This document shows positions 38,522 through 59,085 of a stretch of DNA of 64,000 nucleotides, piece after piece. A program made the position numbers and the translations under genes. The stretch lies in NCBI RefSeq assembly GCF_009914755.1, contig NC_060941.1. The stretch is one strand, 5' to 3'. Below the pieces are notes generated by a model that saw nothing but the letters and a program-made list of their open reading frames with translations, was not told the DNA's origin and made no database searches. The stretch is from the human T2T-CHM13v2.0 reference genome, Homo sapiens. Numbering within the stretch: the stretch's first letter is position 1; each line of letters starts with the position of its first letter.

Positions 38522-38992
38522 TGGTCTCTTAATATATAACTAGAATCAACATAACCAGTATTGCCAGAACTCTTCCAGTGGTTCCTTGGCCTGTGGGGTA
38601 AGAGCCATCATAGTGAGGCAGGTGAAATGGAAGCCTTTCAAATGGCCTCCCACCCCAGCCAATCGAAAACCACATCACATCCTGGGGGATGGCAGAGATT
38701 AATGCCACCCTTACAGATGTAAAATGTGGTCTCCATAATTTCCTCCATTTAATTCCTCAGTCTGGCCCCTACAAAAACCAGAGAGATCCTGCAGGATGAC
38801 AGTAGACTACCACAAGCTCAGTCAGGTGGTGGCCTCAGTGGCTGCCACTCTGCTGGGTGTGATTTTGCCACAGCAGATTCACATTGACTCAGGTGCATGG
38901 CATGTAGCTACTGACCTGGCAAGTGCATTCTTTCCCATCTCTGTAAAGGAGGATCAAGAATTGTTTCATACTGCCTGGGATGGTCAATAGCA

Positions 38993-39643
<651 letters not shown>

Positions 39644-39827
39644 TACACATTTACAGTCTTGACCTTAGGCATGCGAACTCTCCCACTGTCTGTTATAATA
39701 TAGTCCAAAGAGACCAGCATCTTCTGGGCTTTCTGCCCAACATTACAAGTGCACAACTGCACTGATTACATCACGTTAATCCAATCAAATGGGTAAAAAA
39801 TGACAAACACGTTAAAGCCCTGGTTAA

Positions 39828-40149
<322 letters not shown>

Positions 40150-40388
40150 TAGCCAGGATGGTCTCAATCTCCTGACCTCGTGATCCGCCCGCCTCGGCCT
40201 CCCAAATAAATTATTTCATCTTATAGCTCCCATTATTAAGAAGGAAGCTCAAGGCCTGTTAGGCCTCTTCAGGTGCTGGTGGCACTTGGAATCCTGTTCC
40301 GATCTAATTACTGAGTGAAATGGAAGACTACCATCTTTGAGCAGGGCTTGAGGAGGAAAATGTTTCGTAGCAAGTCCAGTCTGTAATA

Positions 40389-41769
40389 TGAAGGAGCACA
40401 GGGAACTTCACCCCAAAATATGGCTCCCTGGTATGATGAGTATTTAAATTAAAGGCCGTTAGAGATCAATAGATGCTAGAAGACACTTTTGCCTTGTGTA
40501 CATAAAGACCAGACAGACCCACCTAGGAGAACAATTATTTTCCTTCCCCTCCCCCCTATTTCTTAATCCTTTGAGAACTTCACTGACGTCATGGTTTCCT
40601 GAATCTTTGTAGGGTTTATCTCCCACCCTCTAGAGCACGTTTTAACCAGAGCTTTAACGTGTTTGCCATTTTTTACTCGTTTGATTGGATTATCATGATG
40701 TAATCAATATAGTAGTGGACTTGTAATGTTGTGCAGAATGCCCAGAAGATGCTGGTCTCTTTTCTTAATCCTCTATTTCAAGCTTGTCCAACCCATGGCC
40801 CCCAGGCAGCATGCAGCCTAGGACAGCTTTGAATGTGGCCCAACACAAATTCTTAAACTTTCTTAAAACATTATGAGATCTTGGCCGGACACGCTGGCTC
40901 ACACCTGTAATCCCAGCACTTTGGGAGGCCCAGGGGGGCAGATCACCTGAGGTCAGGAGTTCAAGACCAGCCTGGCCAACATGGGAAACCCTGTCTCTAC
41001 TAAAAATACAAAAATTAGACTGGCGTGGTGGCAAGAGCCTGTAATCCCAGCTACTCGGGAGGCTAAGGCAGCAGAATTGCTTGAACTCGGGAGACGGAGT
41101 TTGCGGTGAGCCAAGATCATGCCGCAGCACTCTAGCCTGGGCGACAGAGCAAGACTCTGTCTCAGAAAAAAAGAAAAAATTACGAGATCTTTTTGCAATT
41201 TTTTTTTAGCTCATCAGCTACCGTTAGTGTTAGTGTATTTTATATGTGACCCAAGATAATTCTTCTTCCAATGTGGCCCAAGGAAGCCAAAAGATTGGAC
41301 ACCCTGCCCTATTTATTTCAAAACACAGGCTGAAGTTCCCTTATCTGCCTAAAGTCTGGATCTACCAAAGAAGAAAACAATTACCTCCAGTCCCTTCTCT
41401 GAGTTTGTATTAACTGAACCCATATCACAGGAAGTAAGACTAAAGCCTGTTAACAAACCGGGACAGACTTTTGTCACAAATCATTGTCCCCTCTGCGGGC
41501 CCAACGGACTTCGCCCCAGACCATTGTATATTCTTCAACCCCATTGAATTCCCCTAAAAATCATTTACCATCCCCCTAAAATCACCCACACTTCCCCATC
41601 CCCCCTTTCCCTAAGAAGTAGGGTATACAAGCATCTGTACCCCATTAGGATATGGGGCACAGTAGTAATGCATTTGTAAAGGCTTTTCTCTTATTAATCT
41701 GCCTTACTGTGGGTTGATTTTTCAGTGAATCTTAGAGGGTGAGGGTGTAGGGAGCTGCTGCTCCCTACA
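40389..41769 (+). mobile_element. MER39/MER34-group ERV1 LTR nested in the ERVL pol
   Basis: Starts TGAAGGAG...CACCCCAAAATATGGCTCCCTGG, ends CTCCCTACA; ERVL pol sequence resumes on both sides. Confidence 0.7.
40779..41306. mobile_element. MER30 hAT-Charlie transposon containing an AluS (40883-41179)
   Basis: CAAGCTTGTCCAACC...AAAAGATTGGACACCCCTG ends; C(T/C)CTATTT 8-bp TSD. Confidence 0.88.
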
Positions 41770-41999
41770 AGTGCAAGCAGCTCTGCCATTTGGACCCTAT
41801 GACTCAAAGTACTCTATGGTACTACAGATATCTGTGGGAGGAAAAGATTCTGTGTGAAGTTTACAGAAAGCACCAGTGGGAGAATCACAACTTATATCCC
41901 TAGGGTTCTGGAGCAAGGCTGAACTATCCACAGTGGAGAACTCCACGTCAGTTGAAAACGAGCTCCCAGGTTGCTTCTGGGTCTTGGAAACACAGCATC

Positions 42000-42360
42000 T
42001 GTATTAGTCAGGGTTCTCCAGAGAAACAGAACTGATAGGCTATATAGAGACATAGAAGAGGAGACTTCTATGGCAATTGGCTCATGCAATTAGGGAGGCT
42101 GAGAAGTCTGCAATACTGTCTGCAAGCTGGAGAATTAGGAGAGCCAGTGGTATAACTGGCTTGAAAGTTACACCATTGGCTACCCTGCTTCTCAGGCCTT
42201 CAAACACAGTCAGAGTTACAATAGTGCAACTTCCAGTCCAAGGCCAAAGAACTGAAAACCAGGGAGGCTGCTGGTATCAGTCCTGGAGTGCAAAGGCCCA
42301 AGAACCAGGATCTTCAGTGTCCAAGGGCAAGGGAAGATGGATGTTCTAGCTCAAGAAAAG
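42000..42360 (-). mobile_element. MLT2-family (HERV-L) LTR fragment, followed by FLAM and Alu (42367-42790)
   Basis: TGTATTAGTCAGGGTTCTCCAGAGAAACAGAAC...GGAGGCTGAGAAGTC...TGCAAGCTGGAGA. Confidence 0.85.
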
Positions 42361-42667
42361 GGAGTTTGGGTATGGTGGCTTGTGCCGGTAATCCCAGCAT
42401 GTCCAGGTGGGAGGACTGCTTGAGGCCAGAAGCTGGAGACCAGTGTGAGCAACATAGTAAGACCTGTCTTAAAAACAAAAACAAAAACAAAAAACATGTC
42501 CGGGTGTGGTGGTGCAAACCTGTAATCCCAGCACTTTGGGAGGCCGAGACCAGTGGATTGCCTGAGCTCAGGAGTTTAAGACCAGTCTGGGCAACATGGT
42601 GAAGCCTCCTCTCTACCAAAAAATACAAAAAATCAGCAGGGCATGGTGGTGCAAGCCTGTGGTCTCA

Positions 42668-42808
<141 letters not shown>

Positions 42809-43882
42809 TTAATATATAAATGTGTAATATGTATTATTACACGGTTTCAGTACTACCTCCAGGACTGGTCACAAACAGGACCAGCAGGCTCAAGTGAACT
42901 GCATAAGCAGATGACCACGCCCCTCTGCCATCCACCACTGTTGAATCCCTGCCTCCTCCTTCTATCACATCTATAGCCACCTTGGGGTAGAGGGTCAGGG
43001 GCCTAGAACCAGCTGATGCAGGACAAAAACCAACCAGGTTTGCTTCTTGGATGAGTTGGCTGGGAAGAGGGGGTGAAAGCCACAAATGGACACTGAAAGC
43101 GGGGGTGAAAGCCCTTGGACACTGAAGATCCTGGTTCTTGGGCCTTTGCACTCCAGGACTGATACCAGCAGCCTCCCTGGTTTTCAGTTCTTTGGCCTTG
43201 GGCTGGAAGTTACATGTTGTAACTCTGACTGTGTTTGAAGGCCTGAGAAGCAGGGTAGCCAATGGTGTAACTTTCAAGACAGTTATACCACTGGCTGTGC
43301 TGCTCTGTGGCTCTACTCAGGGCTGGCCCTCGAAGCACAGGGGCAGAGCTTCATGTGGTATGTGTGATTGTCCACTTTGTGTGCACAGAGAATGGCCAGC
43401 AGAGGGAATGGCCGTGGACTCAGGGGTAGTGGCAAGTGGCTTGGCTTGTTGCTCAGGGACCTAGAAGGAGACACATCAGATTAGGGAAAAGCAAGTCTGG
43501 GGAAAGACACGTGGATGGGCCCACGGGGGTGGGCACAGAGTGTGAAGATTTGTATCACATGTTAATGTGATCAATGAAGACCACCCAGGGGCTGGAGTGA
43601 AGCCAATCCCAGCCAGGCCAGAGAGAAATAAAGAGACAGTTTTGACAGAAGGGATAAAGTGTTCTTGGAGGCAGAAACAGCAGATGTCCATTACAATGAC
43701 AAATTCTTTTTTGGAACAAGTAACCAAGAAAAATTTCCCTAGATCCTTACTTCTAGATAGAGTCGATTGGTCCAGTCTCTCACCAAAAAGGTAATTAACC
43801 GGCTTCTGTGTGAATACTTTCAAATCAGGATCCTTACTACCTGTAGAGGCAACGTGTGTCCCTCGAGGACATTCGCCATTGA

Positions 43883-44280
<398 letters not shown>

Positions 44281-44699
44281 TGAAAGAGGGTATTCTGATA
44301 AGATGAAGAAAAATGACAGATGCTTTGTTCGCAGAGCAATCTAGTGAAGTTATGCTGCGGGAAATGATACATTTTACTAAGAGAATGAATGGTTTGGTAA
44401 ATGTTTCACTCATGGGTGGGTGGGGGGAACTAAAACCATCTCCCTAACACACAAACCACCTCCACTTCCACTGAAAGAAAAACCAGAAAGAATCGTTTGG
44501 TGAGAGCCTGGAACAGGGATGCAAATGGAAAAAAGGCCACGGGGACTGGGGTAGGAGTTGGGCACGGGGTGTATGGGGGAGAGGAGAGAACAACAAGAAA
44601 CCAGAGAGGGAGATTTGCTGAGCTGGTCTCTATACCATGCTTGAGGCTCTGACTGCAGTTGATTGTCTAATGACGAGGCTTCCTCTTCCTGCCCTTATA

Positions 44700-45485
<786 letters not shown>

Positions 45486-48042
45486 CTAATTACTTCTGAG
45501 TATGATCCAGATGTCTCTTGGTGGAGCCACATTAAGAGGCAGGCCACGGATGTTGCAGTGAGCCGAGATCGCGCCACTGCACTCCGGCTTGGGCGACAGA
45601 GCAAGACTCCGTCTCTAAAAAAAGAAAGGCAGGGCAGTGTGGCAGCTGCCTGGGGCGAGCCTTTGGGATTAATCAGAAAGGTGCTGCCAGTGACCTCAGG
45701 TTTCCACCTGGGCTTCCTCACATAAGGGGTGAGATGTAAACGATCCCTATCCCACCAGAGTGGGCGATGCCCTCGAGTGGAAATTTTAAAATACCGTTCA
45801 CTGGCCCCAAAGGGTTTCTGTGGAGTGTTTTCACAGAAAACGCATACATCGCAAAGTGCGGCCGTGGGCTTGGCAGCAACTTCAACGCAGCCGGCGACTC
45901 TGATGTGCTTCCCTGAAGTCAGCAGCTGCAGTCAGCTGAAATTACAAAAGCAAATCACACCAGGGGATGCTGCTCACACCAGAAGGAGAGATTTATTTTG
46001 TTGCCTAATATTTAAACAGTTTAAAATCCTCACAATAAACTGTCTAGTTCAGAAAAGAGGATGTAACAAATGCATGCAATAAATCCCTCATTTTTAATGA
46101 AAGGGAATATATTTAGTTTTTATTAACAGAACATCTGTTTCTCTCCATCTCCACTTAATAAGTGTTCAAAGAATGTTGGTTTGAAGGGGCACCCGCATCT
46201 CCCAGTCCTCCAGCCCTGGCCTTAATAGCCTGTGAGTGCAAACGAGGCCATGTTATCACTGATGCCCAACCACAAAGTGCTTTGCAGCACCCCAGGCGCA
46301 CAGCCGCGCCCTCCCCAGCATCTCTGCACTGGCCTCCCTGTGCCCAGCAAGCCTCCCTGTCCGAGCCTCCTCCACAGCCAGCCACTTCCCACGTGCTCCC
46401 TCATAAGGGGCCCAGCACTGCCGTGGATTCTGGAACCATGCAGCACTCGAGGCCTCTGCTGATGCCGTGGGCCAGCTGGTCCATGCTGGGGGCACCCAGA
46501 GCCCCTGGGCCGTGAAACAACTTTCTGTAGAGATCTGGAGGTAGAGGAACAGAGGGACAAGGGCCCTGGGCAGCTCCACACCACCCACTGTCACTTGGAC
46601 TTTGAGGGGCAGAGAGGTGTCCAGAGTGTCCCCACATCCTTCAGCTTCTGGCCTGACACCTGTCTTCATGAGGATCCTCAACCTGTTTCCCAGGCTGGGC
46701 CAGGAGATAGCCCCTCCATTCCCTCCCTTCTCCTCTCCCACTTCCTCTCTCTCCTTCCTGGATTTTCCTCTTTGCTGGTGTGTGCATGCACACACACACA
46801 CTGCAGGCATGCCACCACACCCAGCTAATTTTTGTATTTTTAGTAGAGACGGGGTTTCACCATGTTGACCAGGCTGGTCTCGAACTCCTGGGCTCAAGTG
46901 ATCCACCCGCCTTGGCCTCCCAAGCCCATGAGCTCAGAGGTTTTTTGCCCACTTAATTCACTATTATATCCTTAATGCCCATAACAGTGCCTAGCACATA
47001 ATAGATGCTCAGTAAGTTTTGTAGACCAATTGAACAAAAAGTGAATAAAAGAAATGCTCATGATTCCTCCTTCCACATAAGAGCCCAAGCCCCTCTATGT
47101 ATCATTTCAGATAAACAGAACCCATGGGGTCCCCAGTCCATCAGCTCTACAGGTTGGGCTCAGCTAGGAAACCTGCTATAGGGGATACTGCTGTTATCAG
47201 CACGCCCTGGCCTCACCAGCTGGGGTCTGCCCAATGGGCACAAGTCTGAGGGCTCCAATTCCCATTCCACTCAACTCCAGGAAGCCCAGCCTTCCGCAGT
47301 ACTCCTGGGACCCACTGGGCCCTACTGACCTGTTCCCTTGGGTCATCCTTGTGCCCTGTGCCTCTGCCTCTACTGCCCACTTGGCTCTCTCCTCCTACTG
47401 CCCCCTCTGTCGCAACCTATCCCAGCCTCCTACAGCCCCACCCTCTTCCTCCCTGGCACTGGCTCAGACCCTTCCACAATAGGAGGAGACAAGGTTCTAA
47501 CTACTAAGGACTGCTGTAAGTTTGAGGCTAGAGGAAGAAAACAGAAGATAGAAAAACGCATGCGACAGCTTCTCAATGAACCTGAGCTCATCCTCCAGGA
47601 CTGCTGACATCTCCTTGAACACCCCAGCCAGCTGTTACGGGCAGGGCAGCCGCCCTCAAGTATAGGATTTCTCCTTTGCCATCACTCTTCCCTCAGGTCC
47701 TACTGCTCCCCCTCAGCCCCTCCGTCTGCAGCCCCTTGAGCCTTCCTTCTCTTCCAAGAATGCACCGGACTCACTGCGCCACAGGACCTGTGCTTGTCCT
47801 GGGATGCACACCCCCAGAACCTGTCCTGGTCATGGCTTTCTGTCCTCCTGTTGCCACAGGGGGGCTTCTCTGAGCACACCATCTACAATAGCCACTGAGC
47901 CCTTCTCTATCGCTTCAGCCTCTTTATGATCCTCACAGCGTCTGCCGCTATCTGCGTCTCTCTGACTCATTCATTTCTGCTTATGTCCTTCTCTCTTTGG
48001 TAGACTGTTCTGTCCTATATCCCAGTGCTTAGAATAGTGCTT

Positions 48043-48328
48043 GGCCCAGGCACAGTGGCTCAGGCATATAATCCCAGCATTTTGGGAGACTAGGATGGAA
48101 GGATCTCTTAAGGCCGGGAGTTCAAGGCCAGCGTGGTCAAAATAGTGAAACTCCGTCTCCACAAAGAAATGTTTTAATTAGCTGGGCCAGCGGCATGTAC
48201 CTGTAGTCCTGGCTACACAAGAGTTGAGGTAGTATCGCTTGAGCCCAGGAGTTCGAGACTGCAGTGAGCTATAATTCTTGCACTGTATTCCAGCCTGGGT
48301 GACAGAGAGAGACCTTGTCTCAAAAAAA
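48043..48328 (+). mobile_element. AluJ-like element inside an L2 3' fragment
   Basis: Alu consensus; AGAATAGT flanking duplication. Confidence 0.85.
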
Positions 48329-48732
48329 TTAATTGTTTTAAAAGAATAGTAACTGGCACATAGTAGGTGCTCAGTTCAAATCCACTGGGTGATGAAAGCT
48401 GAATATCCTCTCTACTTGGAGTCCTGGGCAAACAACAACCCAGTCCTGAGAGAGGAGAGGCTTTCCTTCCTCCTAGCTTTAGGTTCACCTCCCAGTTTCT
48501 GATATTTCATGATGGGACCTAGCTCTTCCCAGAATGCCTGGTGGTGGAACTGCTGCCCCTCCTCAAGGATCAACAGGGATGTGGCCCTGAGCCCCAGTCA
48601 ACCTGGACAGAACTCCCCAACATCAAGACGCTTCATGGCGATGGTCATCCAGGGTTGAAGACCACTCTGTGGAGGGCATCAGCTGTCCAGTCAAAGTTAA
48701 TCCCTGGCCAATCCAGGCCAGTTTCTTTTCAG

Positions 48733-48903
48733 TGAGTCAAAGTGAAAACTGAGTCAGGCCTATGTGGGCTTCCTCAGAGCCCCAGCAATTCTGAGAAGCA
48801 AATAATTAGTACGGAGGTCTGGTTCTGCACAGCATGACCCCTTACCATGGGGGAACAGACCACTTACTTCGTCACAGGATGACACTGGATGGTCAATGAC
48901 TCA
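48733..48903. promoter_or_regulatory. Candidate enhancer: three AP-1 sites including an AP-1/IRF composite (AICE-type)
   Basis: TGAGTCA 48733-48739 plus 4 nt plus GAAA; TGAGTCA 48750-48756; TGACTCA 48897-48903, in non-Alu DNA; motif evidence only. Confidence 0.4.
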
Positions 48904-49008
48904 AGGGTACTCTCCAGGAAGGATGGGGGGAACTTGCTTCTCGTCCATGTAACTCATTCCCCTCCTGGTGCTTTGCCCAGAATATGAATCAGCCTTGGCA
49001 CAAGGTGA

Positions 49009-50815
<1,807 letters not shown>

Positions 50816-51059
50816 TCAAGGGCAAGGACTAGAGGCCAGGGTGGCTGGAGGGATGATGAGGCAAGGGCGCCCCCAAGCTTCCTTCCACTCCGTATCCCCG
50901 CAGTTTTCAGACCGCCCCAAGTGCACTGTGGGTGCACTTTTCCAGGCAAAGTAAAGCTCACAGGATCTGGGGAAAGATTCTGCAGCTTGAAAGATAAACA
51001 TCCCTGAAGGTTTGGAGGAAGCTGCCTCTCTGTGGGGGAGCGAATTTACTACAGCACAA

Positions 51060-53300
<2,241 letters not shown>

Positions 53301-53928
53301 ACTCAAGAATGAGAAAAATATCTAGCTTGAAGCACCTGCTTAGAGGTTTAGGGGAAGGAGAGTTTTCATGTCTTCTCAAGACTACAGATTGCTAGCACCT
53401 TTTTGCAATGTTCTGGCAATATCTTTTAAAAGAGAAATGTACATACCCATCTCACTCTTGGAAATCTATCATACAAAAATAAAGACACCAGTATATCAGG
53501 TGATATGAACTAAGATGCTTCTTGAAGCCATATGTGTAGGGGCAAAATAACTAGCAATGACCTCAATGCCCAATAACAGGTGAATGGCTTAATAAATTAT
53601 GGTGTATCTATACTAAAGTAATAAACATTATGTAGCTATTATGTATTAACCTGGAGGGGTATCCATGATAAAATGATGATTTATTTAAAAACACAGTGTT
53701 GGGTAATTTCTGTATCATCTTACTTCTGTAAAACATGGAGTGGAAACCTACCAAAGGGTTGACATCTGCATATATTTATATGAGCAGAGAGAAGAATGTG
53801 GAAGCAACAAAGCAAACGGGCCAGGCTGGTTAATTCTAAGTAGAGAGCAGAGGGGAAAGAAAGGGAGATCATTGGCTGTTCTGAAACAGTTTTTAATTAA
53901 TTCGTTGCCTTATTTTTGAAATTTTTGA

Positions 53929-54069
<141 letters not shown>

Positions 54070-54489
54070 TAGTCCCACATCTGGCTAATTTTGGTATTTT
54101 TAATACAGATGGGGTTTTGCCATGTTGCTCAGGCTGGTCTCAAACTCCTGGGCTCAAGCTATCTGCCTGCCTCAGGAAGTAATTTTTTAAATTATCTACT
54201 TGGCAAAGGGCATTGAACAAGTTAATATATATGCATTACTCTAAATATTTTTAAATAGTCTCAAAACTGAAGATTAAAAAAAAGAGAGATTATTCCCTTA
54301 AAAGAAATTAGCTACATTATAAACCAAAATGACAAAGTTCATAACCCCAGATGAACTTTTAACAAGTGAGAATGATCCTTGTTCACATAGTAGAGAGAGA
54401 AAAGAAGTGGGGATGAGTAGGGAGAAACTAATTTTCTACAATGGGAAATAAAAATTATAGTTCTATGAGGACTGTGATCATTGAATATC

Positions 54490-54899
54490 TGTGAAGGCTA
54501 AAGCAACTCCATATTGGAGGCTAAGCCGCCATGATGACTTCTGATTAGCCCCAATTCTGGGAATTCCTCTAAGCTTTCCAGTCTATCTATTGTTACCTGT
54601 GTAAGAACAGGTACTTACCTCCCTTAGGTCAAAACAACTTTGATGTTATCATACTTCAATTGTCCTTCACCTGCCTTCTGGATCACATATACCCCTTCCC
54701 TGTGGTAGATAAGCCCTGGGTCTTAGGGGGTAACATCTTGTCTCCCTGCCAGCCACTGCACAAGACACAGACCTGGCTTCTGTTTCTAATTTCCTATTGT
54801 TTATTTCTAAGAAACTGAATTTGTCAGCCTTTTTCTTCAGTCTCTCAGTTTCCTTGGACTTTGGCGACAGGTTTGCACAGGCCTACCCACTGAGGAACA
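54490..54899 (+). mobile_element. LTR47-like ERVL solo LTR
   Basis: TGTGAAGGCTAAAGCAACTCCATATTGGAGGCTAAGCCGCCATG...GGAACA; near-perfect 5-bp TSD ATATC/ATGTC. Confidence 0.7.
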
Positions 54900-55238
54900 A
54901 TGTCACATTAAAATTATCTGAAAAGTTGTAAGTAAACACAAGTAGAATTTTAAAAAGAATTCTAGAGCTAGCACAGTGGTGCACACCTGTAGTCCCAGCT
55001 ACTTGGGTGGCTGAAGAGGGAGGATCACCTGAGTCCAGGAATTCAAGGCCAGCCTGGGCAATATAGTAAGATGCTCCTTGTCTAAAAAAAGAAAAAAAAA
55101 TTTTTTTAAAGAATTCTAATTCTTGCTTTCTAAATTATTAAGGAAGATTATAGCAGACGAACAGTCTATATAGCCCTGAAAGGAAAATTAACAGCAAAAT
55201 GCGTTTAAGGCCTAAAACTCAGGCGCAGTATTAAATGC

Positions 55239-55705
55239 TGATACTGACTTTATATGCGGTGAAATTGGGAGGCTTTGACTGGCCTAGCCACAAGTTCACC
55301 TCCTCACTCTGCTCCCTTGGATAAGGTCCCCCAGCCAAATAACCCCCCTTATCAAGGGGACCAGGAGCACTTCCTGCTTATTCCTGAGTAGTGGGTTTCA
55401 GTTTCCTGCCAGCCTGCAGCCTGCATAATTATCCACATAAGCCAGTCACATCTTCCTGCTGAAACTAGGGGACATCTCATCCTCTTGATACTACAAAGCC
55501 TGCCTCCCACAGCCCTTAGTTGCTCACTGTCTCTGAGCGCAACCCCTGTGTGGCCCTGCATGGTGTGTGATATCCTGCCCTGGGCTATGAGTATATGTGA
55601 CTAATACACTACTGTCAATCTCATCTGCCCAGAATCAAATGTCGTGTGTTTGGCCATCTCTGTAAACCTAGGATGGGAATCCCTCCCTCACCAATGGAGT
55701 GAATA
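55239..55705 (+). mobile_element. MER54/MER74-group ERVL LTR
   Basis: TGATACTG start; CCCCAGCCAAATAACCCCCTTATCAAGGGGACCAGG motif. Confidence 0.55.
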
Positions 55706-55989
55706 GCACAGAAAATATTAAGGAAAGCCATTAAGTAAGTTGATAAAAGCTGTACCAACCCTGGTACTGCTGGAAGAGAAAAAGGAGAATAGAAGATTTT
55801 ACCAATCCAACAGAATATAGTAAAGGGAAAAAAAGTGGAGAAAGAAGGCAGTGAGCAGAAAATGTGGAATAATCATAATCAAAGAAAATCCAAATAATCC
55901 ATTAATGGCACTAAATGTAAACTGATTAAAGAAACAGTAAAACTTAGAGTATCAGATTGAGTTTTAAAAATCAAAATCCTCTTGTATGT

Positions 55990-57100
55990 TACTAATATTT
56001 TCCTTGAATTCTGAAATAATCTCAGCTATCATAGCTTCAATATTATTTCCTTGCCATTTTCCTTATTTTCTTACTCTGGAAATCCTGTTATACATAGTTT
56101 GAGTCTCTCAATCTATTCTCCTACTCTTCAAACTGTTCTTATTTTTAATCAAAGTACCTCTTTTTGCTGCATTCACTGTCAATTCTTTAGAGCTATCTTC
56201 CAATTCACTAATTTTATCTTCAACTATATCCAGTCTAAAGTTCACCTTATCTTTTGAGATATTTTTATTGCTTTTCTACATTTTTATTTCTGAGATGTAT
56301 AATTATTTATATTTCATATGTATATCTTCATTTCATTTTCATCTACATTTGTTTCATAATTTCTTGTTTGTCAGATGATTTCTTCATTTACTTCTTTGAG
56401 CCATCCTTATTTTCAAGTCTTTGTCATATGAGTCCAAGAGATGAATTTCATGTGGAGAAAGTTCATATTCCAGTTGTTGAATTGCTTGGCTATCTTTTTT
56501 ATCATTCCATTTCTTCATGTCCTTTGGAATTTGGGTTTACAGGCTCATTGTAGCTGAGAATTTTTGTTTTTGCATTGTGCTTTTTACTCTCTCCTTTTTT
56601 GTCTGGTGGGTTTAGTTTCGTCATGGCATTCACTGTGCCCTAGTCCAGAAATAGTTTTGTGATAGTGGTTGGGAACTCATGCTCTTCACTGATATTGGGA
56701 GATGTGCAGACCCAGAGTTAGAGGATGGCTTGACCTAAGTCTGGGTTGTGAGGCTGTTTTTGTTCTGCAGCCTTCCTAGGTCCACCATTTGGGCCATAGC
56801 TCCTGAGATCTGGTCAGCTGCACTTTTTGTTTTCAGTCTCCTTTCACAAGCAGGGTAGCCTCACTCTAGTCTGTGGCTGCTGCCAGAGTCTGGTTCCATC
56901 CCCCATTCCCTGTGCAACATTTTAGTTCCCATTACCCCATAGGCCCTTGGCTTTGGTCCTACTCACCACTTTGCTTTCCAGTTTGTTCTCTTTCTTATCC
57001 ACCTAAATGTTTATCCTGTTTTTAAGCTTGTATATATCTTATCAATGCCTTTAAAAACTTTATCTCTCATTGTTAAGTATTTGGAGAATAGAGAGTGGGT
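55990..57100 (-). mobile_element. Old L1/HAL1 ORF1-region remnant, antisense
   Basis: Pyrimidine-rich strand with TCTCAGCTATCATAGCTTCAATATT...TCTGGAAATCCTGTTATACATAG L1M ORF1-like antisense text. Confidence 0.55.
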
Positions 57101-58229
57101 CAAAGTATGAACTTTCCAACCTTCCCCTCATTATTTTATTTATTAATTTATTTCTTTTTTGAGACCGAACCTAGCTCTGTCACCCAGGCTGGAGTGCAGA
57201 GGCCTGATCTTGGCTCACTGCAACCTCCACCGCCCGGGTTCAATTCTTCTACCTCAGCCTCCTGAGTAGCTGGGATTACAGGCACGTGCCACCATGCCCA
57301 GCTAATTTTTGAATTTTTAGTAGAGACAGGGTTTCACCATGTTGGCCAGGCTGGTCTCAAATTCCTGACCTCAAATGATCCACCCCCACTTGGCCTCCCA
57401 AGTGCTGGGATTACAGGTGTGAGCCACCACACCTGGCCTCATTAATGTTTCAGTCACTTGGAATGGAGTGGAGACAGAGTTTCTACTTCTCACAGTGGAA
57501 ATATACTAGCCAATAGAATCTGGGGGTGAAAGAGCTGAGCACTGAGACTGCAACCCTGGGAGTCCAAGTAATGGGCACTTTGTCTAGGCTTAGTAAGCAG
57601 GTCAAGGAAGTGGATCAGAGGAGCAGTGAAAGCCCGTATGGGCAACTTCTAATTATGGACCAGCTTCCTATAGCAACCCCATGTAGAAGTAAGATGATTT
57701 GCAGGAGCAGAATATTCCATCACCAGTGCTCTTCAGCTTGGGTGTGGAAGCCCAGTTCATATCCCCGGGTGAATTACACGTGCCCACCCCACAGGCTTTT
57801 TAGACAACTAGAGGACCAAAGAGGAAGCGAATATTGCATATGGGCTCTCGGCTGGCTAAATAGAAAAATGAAAGATATGTGGACCTTTCATTTTTGGAAC
57901 ACTTCATACTGTTGACATACAATATAAATAAAATAACTGCAAAAGAAAAATAAGAGAGATGCAGTGGAGTGTTTACATTTTTCTCTAGAATAACATTCAT
58001 AATGACGATGTTGATTCTGTTAAGTAAGAATTATAGGAGGCCATTGTTTTGTACTGAGCTCCTGCACTAGGCTCCAACAGACCAGACTAAAAATCAAAAT
58101 GGATTCACTCATGCTGGGGTTTCAAAATTGATATTTTGTCCTTTAATACCTCTATTTTCCCCCTATTGGTTATTTTGTGCTATCAGAATTTTGTGCTATT
58201 TTTTGGCAGGAGATGGGAGGATGGTCAAA

Positions 58230-59085
<856 letters not shown>

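Noticed and set aside
38796-38990. RT-like ORF as a possible domesticated retroviral gene
   Set aside because: Only 64 aa, terminated by a stop and split by MER2; surrounding pol is frameshifted and the catalytic motif is lost
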